Part shown: piece by piece, positions 1 to 11,975 of the stretch
Numbering within the stretch: the first letter of the stretch is position 1
How the letters are laid out: each line of letters opens with the position of its first letter
Assembly (NCBI RefSeq): GCF_000143415.4
Contig: NW_003314261.1
Span: 2,114,222-2,178,221, forward strand
Reading direction: 5' to 3'
Length of the DNA stretch: 64,000 nucleotides
Source: Selaginella moellendorffii
Lineage: Eukaryota; Plantae; Lycopodiophyta
Program-made: the position numbers and the translations under genes
Notes under the pieces: generated by a model
Database searches by the model: none
What the model was told of the DNA's origin: nothing
The model's input: only the letters and a program-made list of their open reading frames with translations

Positions 1-1335
1 GTGGCGCACACCATCGTTGCGCCCATCGAGCGCGCCAAGCTGCTGCTCCAGACGCAGGAGAGCAATCTGGCGATAATGCAGGGGCGGCATCACCGCTACA
101 AGGGGATGATCGATTGCATCTTCCGGATCGCCAAGGATGAGGGCGTGCTCTCCCTGTGGCGGGGGAATGGAAGCAGTGTCATGCGGTACTATCCGTCACT
201 AGCACTCAACTTTGCCTTCAAGGTGTGTAGTCTCGTTCTTTCGTTCTTTCGTGGCTTCTTTCCTTCTCTCTTCGTTTTTCTTCCTCTTTGCGCTAGAGAT
301 TCTTCCTTCTCTTCGTTTTTCTTCCGGGATTCTTGCTCGTTTTTCGGATTGTTTACGTATAGTTTCGTCTCGTCTCAGTTCCTACCGGTTCTTACTTGCG
401 ATCCTTTCGTCCTCAGTTCTTGCGTCTAGTTTTCTTTATCCGTGGAACCTTTTCCACTCACTTCGTACCGCAAGTAGGGACTTACGGATGAAACCTTTGC
501 TTCCATTCTTATCATTCGAGCCTCCATTTTTTCCTTGTTTATCTGCTCTTTAAGATTCCATTGTTTCTAGCAAGTTGGAACCTTTTGTTCTTACTTATGA
601 AACCTTTACTTTCATTATTAGAATCTTTGTCATGAGCTTACATTCTTTTTCTCTGTTTACAAGCTTCGCTTTTGACTCGGACTTTCTTCTTTGCAGGACT
701 TGTACCGATCGCTACTCATCTCGGACAAGAACGACGCACTGTCAAGAGCACCCTTCAACTTCGTGGCCGGGGCCGCCGCCGGGTGCACCAGCCTCGTCTT
801 CGTCTATCCCCTGGACATCGCCCACACGCGCTTAGCGGCCGATATCGGGAACCGCGACGCCAGGCAGTTCAAGGGACTCCTCCACTTCATCAGGACCATC
901 TACCGCAAGGATGGCACTCGCGGACTCTACCGGGGACTCCCAGCGTCCATCCAGGGAATGGTCGTGCACAGGAGCGTCTACTTTGGAGGTTTCGACACGG
1001 CCAAGGACTTGCTCTCGCGAGACTCCGAGCACCTCCCTTTCTGGAAACGCTGGCTCATGGCTCAGGCGGCCACCACCTCGGCCGGCTTGATCTCGTATCC
1101 GCTCGACACCGTCCGGCACAGGATGATGATGCAAGCCGGCCTGGAGAAGAGAATGTACGTCAACACTCTGGATTGCTGGAGAAAGATTTACCGGATGGAA
1201 GGGGTCTCGTCCTTCTATCGTGGAGCCGTGTCAAACATGTTGCGAGGGACCGGCGCTGCGCTCATCCTGGTGCTCTACGACGAGCTCAAGTACCTGATGA
1301 ACTTGACGGTGCCGCTCGACAGTGGAAACAAGTGA
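1..1335 (+). CDS. ADP/ATP carrier-family protein, plasma-membrane PM-ANT1 (At5g56450)-like; 5' end outside the window; exons <1-222 and 697-1335
   Basis: Carrier signatures PIERAKLLLQ, PLDIAHTRL and PLDTVRHRMMMQ, plus WRGNGSSVMRYYP; GT..AG intron 223-696 joins FAFK|DLY in frame. Confidence 0.9.
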
Positions 1336-1608
1336 GATGATCCGGCAGCGCAGCTCTTCTCAGTTTTGTAAAAAGAAAGCAACGTCGGGAGCGAGTTTTG
1401 CAGCAGCCTACCTAGCTCCTCCTCCCGGAAAGCTCTCTCTTTGTTGATAGAAAGGGTCTGGAAGCGCGGCTATATTGTAATATAATGTTAGCATTCCATC
1501 AAACAAAAGCAAAAGGCCTTGAGCTCTACAAAGGTGGCCCTGTTTAGAGTCGTGCTTAGTAAACTGGCTATGCAAAGAAAGATGAAAAGCTTACCACTGA
1601 CCAGAGTC

Positions 1609-2857
1609 TTAAGCTCCTGCTGTTGGATCGCCGATAAGGCCCAGGAAATCGTCCTTGATCGTCCCGATGCAGAACTATGTAGCGTACAGATATTTTTAAC
1701 ACCAGTTTCGAGAAGCCGAGCGGAGCATGCTTACAATTTCAGTGGCGTCTACACGAGTTCCAACGATTTTAAGGCGCACCTCGCTGTCCTTTTGTATTCG
1801 GACCTGAGGAAAAAGAAAAAAAATTTGAGGATTTCCGGAAGAGCACACACACACATGCTCACCGAGCTATCAGATGTTTCGTAGCAGGGTACATCGCCGG
1901 ACTGAAAGGACATGTCATCTGGAATAAGCTGCAGGCTTTCCAAGTTATTAAGAGAAAACGAGGAAGAACAAACAAACTTGAGCAAACTTACGTGGTTTGA
2001 GACGAAAATCTGGACTGGTCCGGCTTCTGCGAAGAATCCCATCTGCGAATTCAAAAAAACGTAAGTATGAGAGATTTGGGAGAGGAGGAGGAGCCAACCT
2101 TATTGACCAGCGTCACGACCCCTTCAAGAATCTCGCCTTTGAAAGGGCGGAAGACTACGCACTGGTAGTGTATGGGAAAAGTTACGTAGCCAGTCCCGTC
2201 CCGAATGAGTCCTTTGCCAATCGTGTCCACTCCGGTCACGGCAACAACAAAGCCATGTCTTCCACTGGAAAGGGAAAAGCTAAAGTTTTAGAGCTCCAAA
2301 GAGAGATTATCCAAACCAAATGAAAAACAAGGCCAAAGATAAGAACCACAAGAAAGAAAAAACGCAACCAAAAATCTCACAGCGAAAAGCTTCCCTTTAG
2401 AGGAAAAAAAAACAGGAAAATACCGAAAAGAAAAAATCCTAGAAGGTAGAACAGAAAAGCTCCTTGCTCCTAGAAGCTAGTCCGAGAGAAAAACTTGAAG
2501 CTAGAACATAAGAAAATCCTTGCTCCTAAAAGCTAGAACAACCCGAGAGCGAAGGAAAAAAATCCTTGCTCCTAGAAGCTAGAACAACCCGGGAGGACAA
2601 AATCCTTGCTCTAGAAGCTAGAAGAGCCCGAGCAGGCCAATGCAGGCCCTCAGATTCAGCGACTATGCCTCTAGAGCGCCTAAAATACGCGATTCTTAAC
2701 CTGGAAACTCTTTCCCTACTCTGGAAACGCTAGAAGCGTACCTGCAAGTGCCCTCGACGTCGTGGATGAGCTTCTCGACGAGCTTGTCTCTGAGCTGCGG
2801 CCCAAAGAATCGCGGATGGAGCTGGAGATTGCGCTCGAGGCGGATATGGAAGAACAT
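1609..2857 (-). CDS. NRPB7: RNA polymerase II subunit RPB7 (6 coding exons)
   Basis: MFFHIRLERNLQLHPRFFGP...VVFRPFKGEILEGVVTLVNK|MGFFAEAGPVQIFVSNH...VRLKIVGTRVDATEI|FCIGTIKDDFLG; canonical splice sites; TAA at 1609-1611. Confidence 0.95.
2440..2635. repeat. Degenerate tandem repeat (AATCCTTGCTCCTAGAAGCTAGAACA-like) in NRPB7 intron 1
   Basis: 4-5 imperfect copies visible in the sequence. Confidence 0.7.
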
Positions 2858-3088
2858 CCCTTCACAGTGAATGGAATTAGGGTTTATCACCAAACGCGTT
2901 TTGTCCTTTTAGTAGAGAGCCGTCTAGGGTTTGATCGAGGATTTTTGGGATCGCGATCGGCATCGGCGAGCGCGAGCTCTTCCCCTCTCCATCAGAGCGT
3001 CGTGCTGCTCCAGGCGCTGCGATTCCGGTGGTATTTCCTCTTCCCCGAGCTAGATTTCCTCCGAAATTTCTGCTTTACAAGCTCAGAG
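2858..3088. promoter_or_regulatory. Short bidirectional promoter between NRPB7 and the ZNF598-like gene, with two telo-boxes
   Basis: Head-to-head ATGs ~230 bp apart; TAGGGTTT at ~2878 and ~2925. Confidence 0.6.
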
Positions 3089-5225
3089 ATGGAGGATTGC
3101 TGCGCTGTGTGTGCCGAGCCGCTGGAGTGGATCGCCTACGGCGGTTGCGGCCACCGGGAAGTGTGCGCTACATGCACCGCTAGGCTGAGGGTCGTGCTCG
3201 ATGATAAGCGCTGTTGCATATGCAAACAGGAGTGTCCATTCGTCTTCGTCACAAAGGTGAGATTTTTTCTTTGGTTTCTTCTCGATAGCGAGCTCACAGA
3301 GTAGAGATTCTTGCGTAGGCTCTCGGGGACTATACCAAAGTGGTGTCGGACTTTAGCTCCTTGTCCACTGGCCACCAAAGTGGCAACCTTTGGTTCGAGG
3401 CGGACATTGGGGCTTACTTTGACGACGAGGATGAATACAAGAGGATCAAAGCTATGTGCCGCCTCCAGTGCAAAGTTTGCGAGGCTGCCACTGCCGCTAC
3501 TCCTCCTGTCAATGGAGCTGTTCGAGCTGGCCACGTCTTTAGAAACCTGGATACTCTTCGACGCCACATCTTCTCGGCGCACAGGCTCATCATGTGTTCG
3601 CTGTGCTTGGAAGGCCGTAAGGTACTGCAACTTGGATGTTGTGTGAGTGTGCTAAAGTTTTCCTCTCCTCTTTGCAGGTGTTCATTCAGGATCAAAAGCT
3701 GTATACCAAGCCACAGCTCGAGCGCCATTCTTCTAGAGGAGATTCTGTCGTGGATGGGAATGAGGAGGAGCGAGGTGGCTTCACGGGCCATCCTATGTGT
3801 GCCTTTTGTACCAGGAGGTTTTATAGTGACAACGAGCTCTACCACCACATGTCCACGGAACATTTTACGTGCCATCTTTGCCAGAGGTAAACGTGTCCAC
3901 CTTTGGTGCGGCTTCTCATTTTCTCATTGTGTATCCAATGCAGGTTGAGGCCTGGACAATTTGATTATTATGAAAACTACGACGACTTGGAGGTAGGAAA
4001 GCTCACCTCATTGAGACGTCACTAGTGAGTGTCCTTTTTCTACAGAGTCACTTTCGGAATGAGCATGCTCTTTGCGAAGATCCTGACTGCCTTGCGAAAA
4101 AGTTTGTTGTGTTTGCTTCCGAGCAAGAATTGAAGGTGAGCGTAAGAGATTGTGTCGTCTACTTTAGACTTAAGTTACGTCGTTTAGGTTCACAATGCCA
4201 AAGAGCATGGAGGGAGTCTGACGCGTGCTCAGCGAAACGCAGCGCTGAAGGTGAAGTTTGTCCGCATGTATTTCGTCTGCGCCGTAGCTCATGGTGTCAA
4301 ATTCCAGATTCCTGTTAGTTATCAGTTTCGACGTTCTCCAGGCCAACAAGCTTCAGAGCGTGGAAGAAGCTCGTACTATAGAGGCAACCGAGGGAATGAC
4401 TTGAATGCCGAACTCTTGTCTTCGCCTCCCAGGGAGACCGTTGTCCCGCTCGCATCCGAAGACACTGATACCTCCGCTGTGGCAAACAACCCCGCGCACT
4501 TCCCCGCGCTTGCTCCATCCGAAAGTGTTGCAGCAAGCGCAAGCACTAGAGAGAACACCGACAGCGCGAGGTGGTATCGTACTGCGTTACACGGCGGAGG
4601 CCGCTCATCTCTCAACGAGTCGGCGTTTCCGCCATTACCTGGAGCAGCTCAGCCGCAGCATTCTCGGCAGCAGAGCCAGCGTCCGTTGGCTTCGCTCATC
4701 GCGGCCGGAGGGGCCGGTGGAAAGAAAGTCAAGGTTCTCAATGCAAAGCAGCGAGCTGTTCCCGAGACTCGCCCCCCCGAAAGTCGAGCGATCATCACTC
4801 TAAATCCTTCCGAGTATCCGGAGCTGCAAGCCGGCCACTCGAGTAGTGCTCTCGCTGGGCGCGGACCTCCACTGGGTGGCCCCGGCGCTGGCGCCGGAGG
4901 TGGTGGAGGTGGACCTTCTCACTCGAGCAGCAGCAGTGCCGTGGTACGTCCTGCCAGTGCCGACGTCGTCCAGTTGAGCATGGACGAGATACGAGCTGCA
5001 ACAAAAGTCTTGATAGAGGAGATACGATCCCACTTGAAAGGCAATGAAGACGAGTTCGCAAAGTTCAAGGAGGTACACTCGCAGTTTCGAAGCGGGGAAC
5101 TGAGCGCCAAGTCATACTACGATCAGGTGGCGAAGCTCGGCTTGTCAAACATTCTTCCGGAGCTGGCTCGACTGTGTCCGGACCGAAGGAAGCAGGAGGA
5201 GCTGCTGGACGTGATGAAACAAGTC

Positions 5226-5256
<31 letters not shown>

Positions 5257-5849
5257 AGAAACCAAGGAATGGATACAGGGACCCGAGCGGCGACGGCGCA
5301 GCCAGACGAAGAGAAAAGCAGGCAGCAGTGGAGGAGGACGTGGAAGTTCTTTCCACGGACGGCTACCGTAGAAAGGGAGGGAGTGGGACAAGTTCGTCAT
5401 TCCTGGCGTTACCTTCGTCGTTCCCTTCGTTGTCATCGTCGTCGTCGCCGTCACTCTCGGTGCTGTACAAAGCCAAAGCCGAAGCTCCTCCCGGTACGTC
5501 GGATTGGAGCTGCGAGACGTGCACGCTGGTAAACCCGTGGAGCAGCGTCCACTGCGCTGCTTGCGGAGCTGGGAAGCCGCTCCATCAGCCGGGTGGAAAC
5601 AGCAGCAGCGGTAACGATGTGATCAAAGAGGCTGTGGATACGAAGAAGAAGAAGAAGGTGCCAAAGTTTCTCAGGAACAGGCTTGGCTCAGACGTGGAGG
5701 AGGAAGAGACCAGTGCTACTAGTGCTGTGGAAGAAGTACCGGCTGGTGCTACTACTGCTAGTACGACTCGTGGGGCGTGGAGAAACGGTGGTGGCCATCG
5801 CTTGCTAGCTGTGACATCATCCTCGTCACAGAGTAATCAGGTTGGGTGA
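3089..5849 (+). CDS. RING/C2H2 E3 ubiquitin ligase, ZNF598/Hel2-like (ribosome quality control), with a C-terminal RanBP2-type Zn finger
   Basis: N-terminal RING CAVC..CGHREVCATC..CCIC; C2H2 fingers (GHPMCAFC..LYHHMSTEHFTCHLC); PAH-like ILPELARLCPD; WSCETCTLVN..CAAC; multi-exon. Confidence 0.88.
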
Positions 5850-6331
5850 GCATTTCTCTTGGTTTTTCTTTTGTTGGCATCTCTTTTTCTTCTAATGCCA
5901 CACAGAGAGAAATGAGGACGAGGGAAAAAAGAGCAAAGAAAGAGGAACCAGACAGAGCAGGCTTTTTGAAGGATCAAATTCATGCTAGCTAAAGTTCTAA
6001 AGTTCCATTGGATGGATTATGGATTGCTCGTGCTTTTTTTTGGGAGATGAAGAGAGGAGGTGGACAACGGCTGTAGGCGGAATAAAATGTTAGGATGGGA
6101 GGAGATTTGAGAGATCGATGGGATTCTAAGGTGGAAGCTTTTCCTTTTCTAAAAGTTGATTGATAGTATATATTTTGTGTTATGTGCCTATACTTACCTG
6201 GACGGATCATATATGTTCGCTCATAGTATATATATATATATATATTATATGTATGCCATCTTTTCTTCTAATATTTGCAACAAAAGAATGGCTAGGACCA
6301 AAGTTTGTCTTAAAATTTGGCTGTGTTTGTT

Positions 6332-8642
6332 CTACTCTTCGCTGCACAGTCCTTGGCACTTCTCCTTGCATCTCCTGAGCTCCTTGCGAAAAAACAAAGG
6401 TAGTGTTGGTAATAAAATCAAGTTGGAGAGAGCTTTTTTGTAGAGATTCTCTTTTTCTCTTTTGTTCTTCTGTGTTTATACCTCTTTCATCTGTTCAATT
6501 TTCTCCTTGAGCTGCTTCATGTATTCCATTGCATGGTTGAGCATGTCTGCTGTGTTGGTTTGCTGGGCAAAGTTGTAAAATTATATTAAACTTGAGAAAG
6601 GAAATCCACTGAACCTTGTCCATGTTTGGGACGAGATCATGCAGGCGCTTGATTCCCTCGCTGATCTTGGTCCTGCGAACCTGCAGCCACGGAAGCCACG
6701 GAGATCAGAGGCTGAATTCATTCGTGCGCCTCGAAAACAAAAGCAGGTAATCTCTAGTTCTTCCCAATCTTTGCGCAAAGATTGGGAAGAACTAGAGGGT
6801 GGTGGAAGGAGAACGCTCTGGAAGGTGATTCTGTAATGGAGGTTGCGGAAGATCGACTTACTCGCTCTGCGACGCTGCGGGGATGAGTGGCGCATCCCCG
6901 CCGGGCTCGCAGCTTGCAGGGCACCGAATCCTGCAGCTCCTTCCGCAGGCTGAGGTGCCGCGAGAGCACCAGCGCCGGGTGCTCCAAGCCGCACTGATCC
7001 TGCAGAAACCTCCAGCCACTTAGAACCACGAAGCCTGGCATCCAAGCACTCCAGCCATCGACTTGGAGCTAAGAAGTAAACACAAGTAAAAAAGAAAAGA
7101 AGTCACTGAAGAGGAATGGTGGCAATCAAACACCCGACAAACTTTGGTGTGAATTCGCACAAGAACACGCACGGAGGAGCCGAATCTATAATCTATACAG
7201 AATACAAGAGGATCAAACGAGAAAGAGCGAATAACAACAAGAAAACGAAGTCCCGGAGTCTTGGTGTTTGGAGCCAAAGAGAAATTTAAGAACAAATAAA
7301 AAGGAGAGAGTGCACTGAACCTGTAGATACGCCTCCAGATACACACACACACACACACCAGAGAATGAAGCAGTGAAATTCATGCAGGACTGACAAATAT
7401 ATGCTGTATAAACAAAGAACAAAGAACCACAAAAGCCAGATTTCCAGCGAAGAACACGAAGAACAATCGGACACTCACTCACCTCGTCGCAGTAGCCAAT
7501 CTCCTCGGCGAATTGCTGTTGCTGCTGCTCCACCACCTGATCCGATTCTCGAAGCCGCTTCCTGCTCGAGGCCACCTGATCGTGCATGGTCATGATCAAG
7601 GCCCCGCCGCCGCCGCCACCTCCGCCGCCACCACCGCCGCCATCCCAGCTCCCATCTCCTCCTCCTCCGCCGCCGAGCTCCACGTTAACGCCAGGAATTC
7701 TGGACGCCGAGAGGCTGTCGCTACTGGATCGCGCCAGCGGTTGCAACAACGCGGGGATGACCAAGCTCGCGGCGGCGGCAGCGGCAGCGGCGTGGTGGGC
7801 GGAGTGGTGGTGGTGATGGTGGTGGTGGTGGTGATCGCTGGGACTGGAAATGTTGCTACTCTCTCCGCCGCCGCCCCGGCTGGCCATTCCCTCGACAAGC
7901 TTGGAGAGGAGATCGGCGGGGGAGCTCTTTTGCTTCACCAGCGCGAGCCCGCCACACTCGGCGGCGGCGGCGGCGAACAATGGATTGGTGCTGGCGGCGG
8001 TGGGATCGTCGTCGAGGTCCTGCGGATGAATCATCGCTGCCGCTCGCTGCGCATCGAATCCATGACTCGCCAGTGCTGCTGCCGCGGCCGCGGGGTCGAA
8101 CGCGTGGTGATCGATCAGAGGCATGAAGTGGTGGTGGTGGAGCGATGATCCGCCCGGCGACGCCGAGGACCCGCCGCCTCTAGCCCCGCCGCCTCCTCCG
8201 CCGCCGCCGCTGCCTATCACGGCCGAGGAGGACGAGGGAAGGTTCAAATTGCTGCCTCCGCGGCTCCTCTCCAATTCGTGCGCCTGTTCTTGGTGGTGGT
8301 GGACGCGAAACGCGAGTGGGATCATCCCTCCCGCGGCCTGCTGCTGCGCGGAGGAGTGGTGAGCCTCGTATGAGTCCTGATGATCATACTGCTGTTGCCC
8401 GGCGCTGTCGATGCCTGATCCCATCCTCGCCAAGGCCACGCTTTGCATGCTACCATTGCTGCTAGAAACCCCAGCTCCTCCTCCCCCTCCTCCTTGATCC
8501 CGGGAGCCATTGCCGGTTCCTCCAGCTCCTCCAGCTCCAGCTCCAGCTCCATCCAGGCTGAAAATCTCGTTGGTGATGCTCATATTGATGTTGATGCTGT
8601 TCATGTCTAGATGCTGGTGGGGGATGACTTGGTGGTGAGTGA

Positions 8643-8678
<36 letters not shown>

Positions 8679-8994
8679 GGGGACCAGGATCCATGAGGCT
8701 GCAAAGCAAAGATCCAGGAGCAGAATGGTACCTCATCAGGCTTTGCTGCTGCTGCTGTTGCTGCTGCTGGGATTGCTGTGTTTGCTGCTGTTGCTGCTGA
8801 TGGAGATGGTGGTGGTGGTGGTGGTGATGGAGCTGCTGCTGATGGTCATGGTGAAAGATCAAGCGGCTCTCATTGGCGGCCTTGGAGGAGCGCGCGTCTA
8901 CTGTAGAAGAAGTGGTAGTCGCAGTAGTAGTAATGCTGCTACCGAGACCACGATCCGCAGCAGCAGCAGCAGCAGCAGCGGCAGAAGGCTCCAT
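6332..8994 (-). CDS. bHLH transcription factor, subfamily IX (FBH/AKS-like), with a long Q/H/G/A-rich N-terminus
   Basis: Spliced reading QDSVPCKLRARRGCATHPRSVAER|VRRTKISEGIKRLHDLVPNMDK|QTNTADMLNHAMEYMKQL; N-terminal LMRYHSAPGSLL motif; TAG at 6332-6334. Confidence 0.9.
6752..6797. repeat. Perfect 46-bp palindrome inside a bHLH intron
   Basis: CTCTAGTTCTTCCCAATCTTTGC|GCAAAGATTGGGAAGAACTAGAG. Confidence 0.95.
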
Positions 8995-11975
8995 TGGGTA
9001 GAGATTATATTATTTTCTTTACCCGAAAAAAAAACACACACACACACACACACACAGAAGGAAAAGAAAGAAGAAAGAGCAGTAAAAAAAAGGAGAGAGA
9101 GAAAAGGAAAGGAAAGAAAAACGCGCTCAAACTTTGAAGTGATCTTTGGAGGTAGAAACCATGGATGAGACGTCCACCGATCGGTGAAATTGCGTCTCTA
9201 GGCACCTGTGGAATCGGCCAAATTGCCCGCTGCAAATAATTCCTCGTTTTGCTTTTTTTCCTTCCTTTTGTAGCTTCTAAATGCTGCTGCTGCTGCTCCA
9301 ACAAGAGAGAGATCGATCGAGTGATTCCATGACTCAAATCTACTTCTTGTCGAGGAGAAACTGAGCGAGGCCTAGTTGAAGCCACACTTAGATTTGTTCT
9401 CGAGAGTCTCGCAGTAGAAAAGGAGAGAGAGAGAAAGACCACTATGGTCACGCATCGAGTCAGTAGCCATATCCAATCCTTGTGGGACTGTTCCTCGGAA
9501 TAGCTGTGAAAACAAGCCACGGATAAAAGCCCATGGGGAAAGGGAAAGAGAAGAACTGCTTCTTCTTCTTCTTCTACAAGCTCTCCTCTACGCAATCGTA
9601 TTTAAATTTCTATCAAATGGCCTACACAATCTCTACACTAGACTCTATGCGCCGCAAAGAAAACTCCTCTCCAATCCATGTTTTTCCCTGTACACTCTAG
9701 GAGCTTCTACTACTTAGAGTTCCAAAGTTTTGATTGATCATGGAAAACATACCAAAACAATCTGACAATGGGCATCAAAGGGTCAGTAAGTGAGTGACAC
9801 AACTTAGTACTGAGATTTTTTCCTTCCCTTTCTCCCTTTTTCTTAAAAAAAAAAGGCTATTTTTTTTCCTGGACTATTTTATTCCAGATTTCTCTTTGGT
9901 GCTTGTTTTTGCTTGATTTTCTCCTGCATTGCTTGCATGTGTGTGTGTGTGTGACTCAGTGAGTTTAACCTCCCCCCAGTTGGTACGGCAAGACAGCCCG
10001 TATCTGGGAGGCCATATTCGGACCGGCCACAAATACACTGTGACCCAAGTACGGACAGCAATCCTTACCCGCATTTATATTTCGCGGGCCATGTAGCCTG
10101 GAATCTGGAATCCGAGAATCTGGCCACGTCACATTCCTATACCTGCCATGTGTGAGAACGACAGTCGTCCGATAGCTTTCCGAAATCAGCGCGGCATGTC
10201 CGTCCGATTCGGTGATCCGACGGTCACTTTCGGGGGGAAATCTTCCCACAAAGGGGTAACTTGACCAAAAAGGAAAGAGGCGTCACTTTCGCTGCCAGTT
10301 GACCCTTACTTGATTTACCACCGCGGTAAATAGTGGTCGTAATCATTGGTGGACAATTAGTAGCGTTTTGCGCCCATGATTTAGCGTATATTGCATTGGG
10401 TGGAAAGTATAAATCACCTTGAACCATGAGATAGAAAAAAACTAGCTATGCCACCCTGGGTTAAACATCCATGATTAACCGCATATTTCCATTTGGAAAG
10501 TGTAAATCAGATAAAAAAAAATTAACCATCCGAGCACAGGGCAAAACATTCCACCAAGGGTCAACCGACAAGTGGACATAAAATAACGGGGGCTTCTCGT
10601 CCAGTTCCCTTTAGGGGGATTTGCCGAAAGTGACGTTGTCACTGGTGATTTCACTAACACGTGGCAGCCCCTCGGGCAGGTGTGACGTGGCGATTTTGCG
10701 GAAAAAAGTCCTGGCCACCACTTTTTCCGTACGCTGGGGCCAGTGTGTTGCTGCTGGTCCGATAATGCCCACACAGATACGGCAGGTTCTCGTACCAACT
10801 GGGCGAAGGTAAAAACCGCCAAGAAGAGAAGAGCGTCACAACATCACACACACACACGACGCAATGCAATGCAAAGCCAAGCCCAGCAAAGCCATGCTAT
10901 CTCTCTCTCTCGACGAGCAGAGTTAAAGCAACTTAAATGTACCTGTGTACGCACTGACGCTTGATGTCCCTCTGTCAGATTCTTTCGGTATGTCTTCTTC
11001 GCGCTCGCTCGCTCGCGATCGATCGAGAAAGCCTCCAAAAGCAAAACAAAAGCGAAGTTCCGGTTCTAACGAACGATCGATGACATTAGACACGACGACG
11101 CAAACTTCGAAAGCTTTCCAGGCCAGCAAACCAACGAACCGAGACTAGCTGAGCTGAGCAGGCGAACGGACAGGGAAACGGAGTTTACCCGAGAGGAGTT
11201 CGTTGGCCGTGTCGAGAGAAACCAAGTCCAGATTAACACCAACACGCCCCCGGTCTCGTCTCCATTCCTTCCCTCCTCCGTAGAGCATTTGGTTCCGACG
11301 AACGAAACACTAAGCCTTCACTCCAGCTCTCTACAACAAACACGGGAGTTATTAGCAAGCGGCCCCGAATCTGGAAGTTATAACAAATGCAGAAAAAAGG
11401 TACACTGCATTACCTGATCAACATGTGCACTGTACCATGACACCCACTGCTGCTGAAAAAAAAACTTCACCACACATCAGCAGAAGGCGCAGAGCTGAGG
11501 CTGAGAAACAAGAACACGAGGTTAGGACCCACAGGCAACCTTAAAGGACGACGAAGAAAGAAAAAAAGGGAGCGAGAGATCTTGTCAGAGAGAGAGCCAC
11601 ATACTTCCTAATGTCGTTTATTCCAAGAGCCAACAAAGAAGAAGAAAAAGAATATCAAAACTTTCCCATCCCAACCACCAGTCTACAAATGAAGCCGATG
11701 CGTAAGAACGAGCAAGAAAAAGTAGCAGCAGCAGCAGCAGACGAAACCGAAAATGAAACGAACACAGAATGAAAGCAAGTCTAAGGAACAGCAAAGCAAA
11801 CGAAAGCAAAAAAAGAGAGAGAAAGAGAAAAAAAGAACTCACTCTCGTCCAGCAAACATCTCTATGCAGTCAACCGTAAGGGAAAAAAAGAGCATTAAAA
11901 GAAAGAAGGAAAAACGAGAAACAAAATGTACTCCGTCATACGAAAACTCAATGCACACTCTCTGCTGCTGCTGCT

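Noticed and set aside
5642-5657. Poly-Lys tract as a self-stalling signal in the RQC ligase
   Set aside because: Only five AAG codons; more likely a basic/NLS-like patch
7401-9168. Plus-strand poly-L/P/G ORFs
   Set aside because: Antisense shadows of trinucleotide repeats in bHLH exon 1
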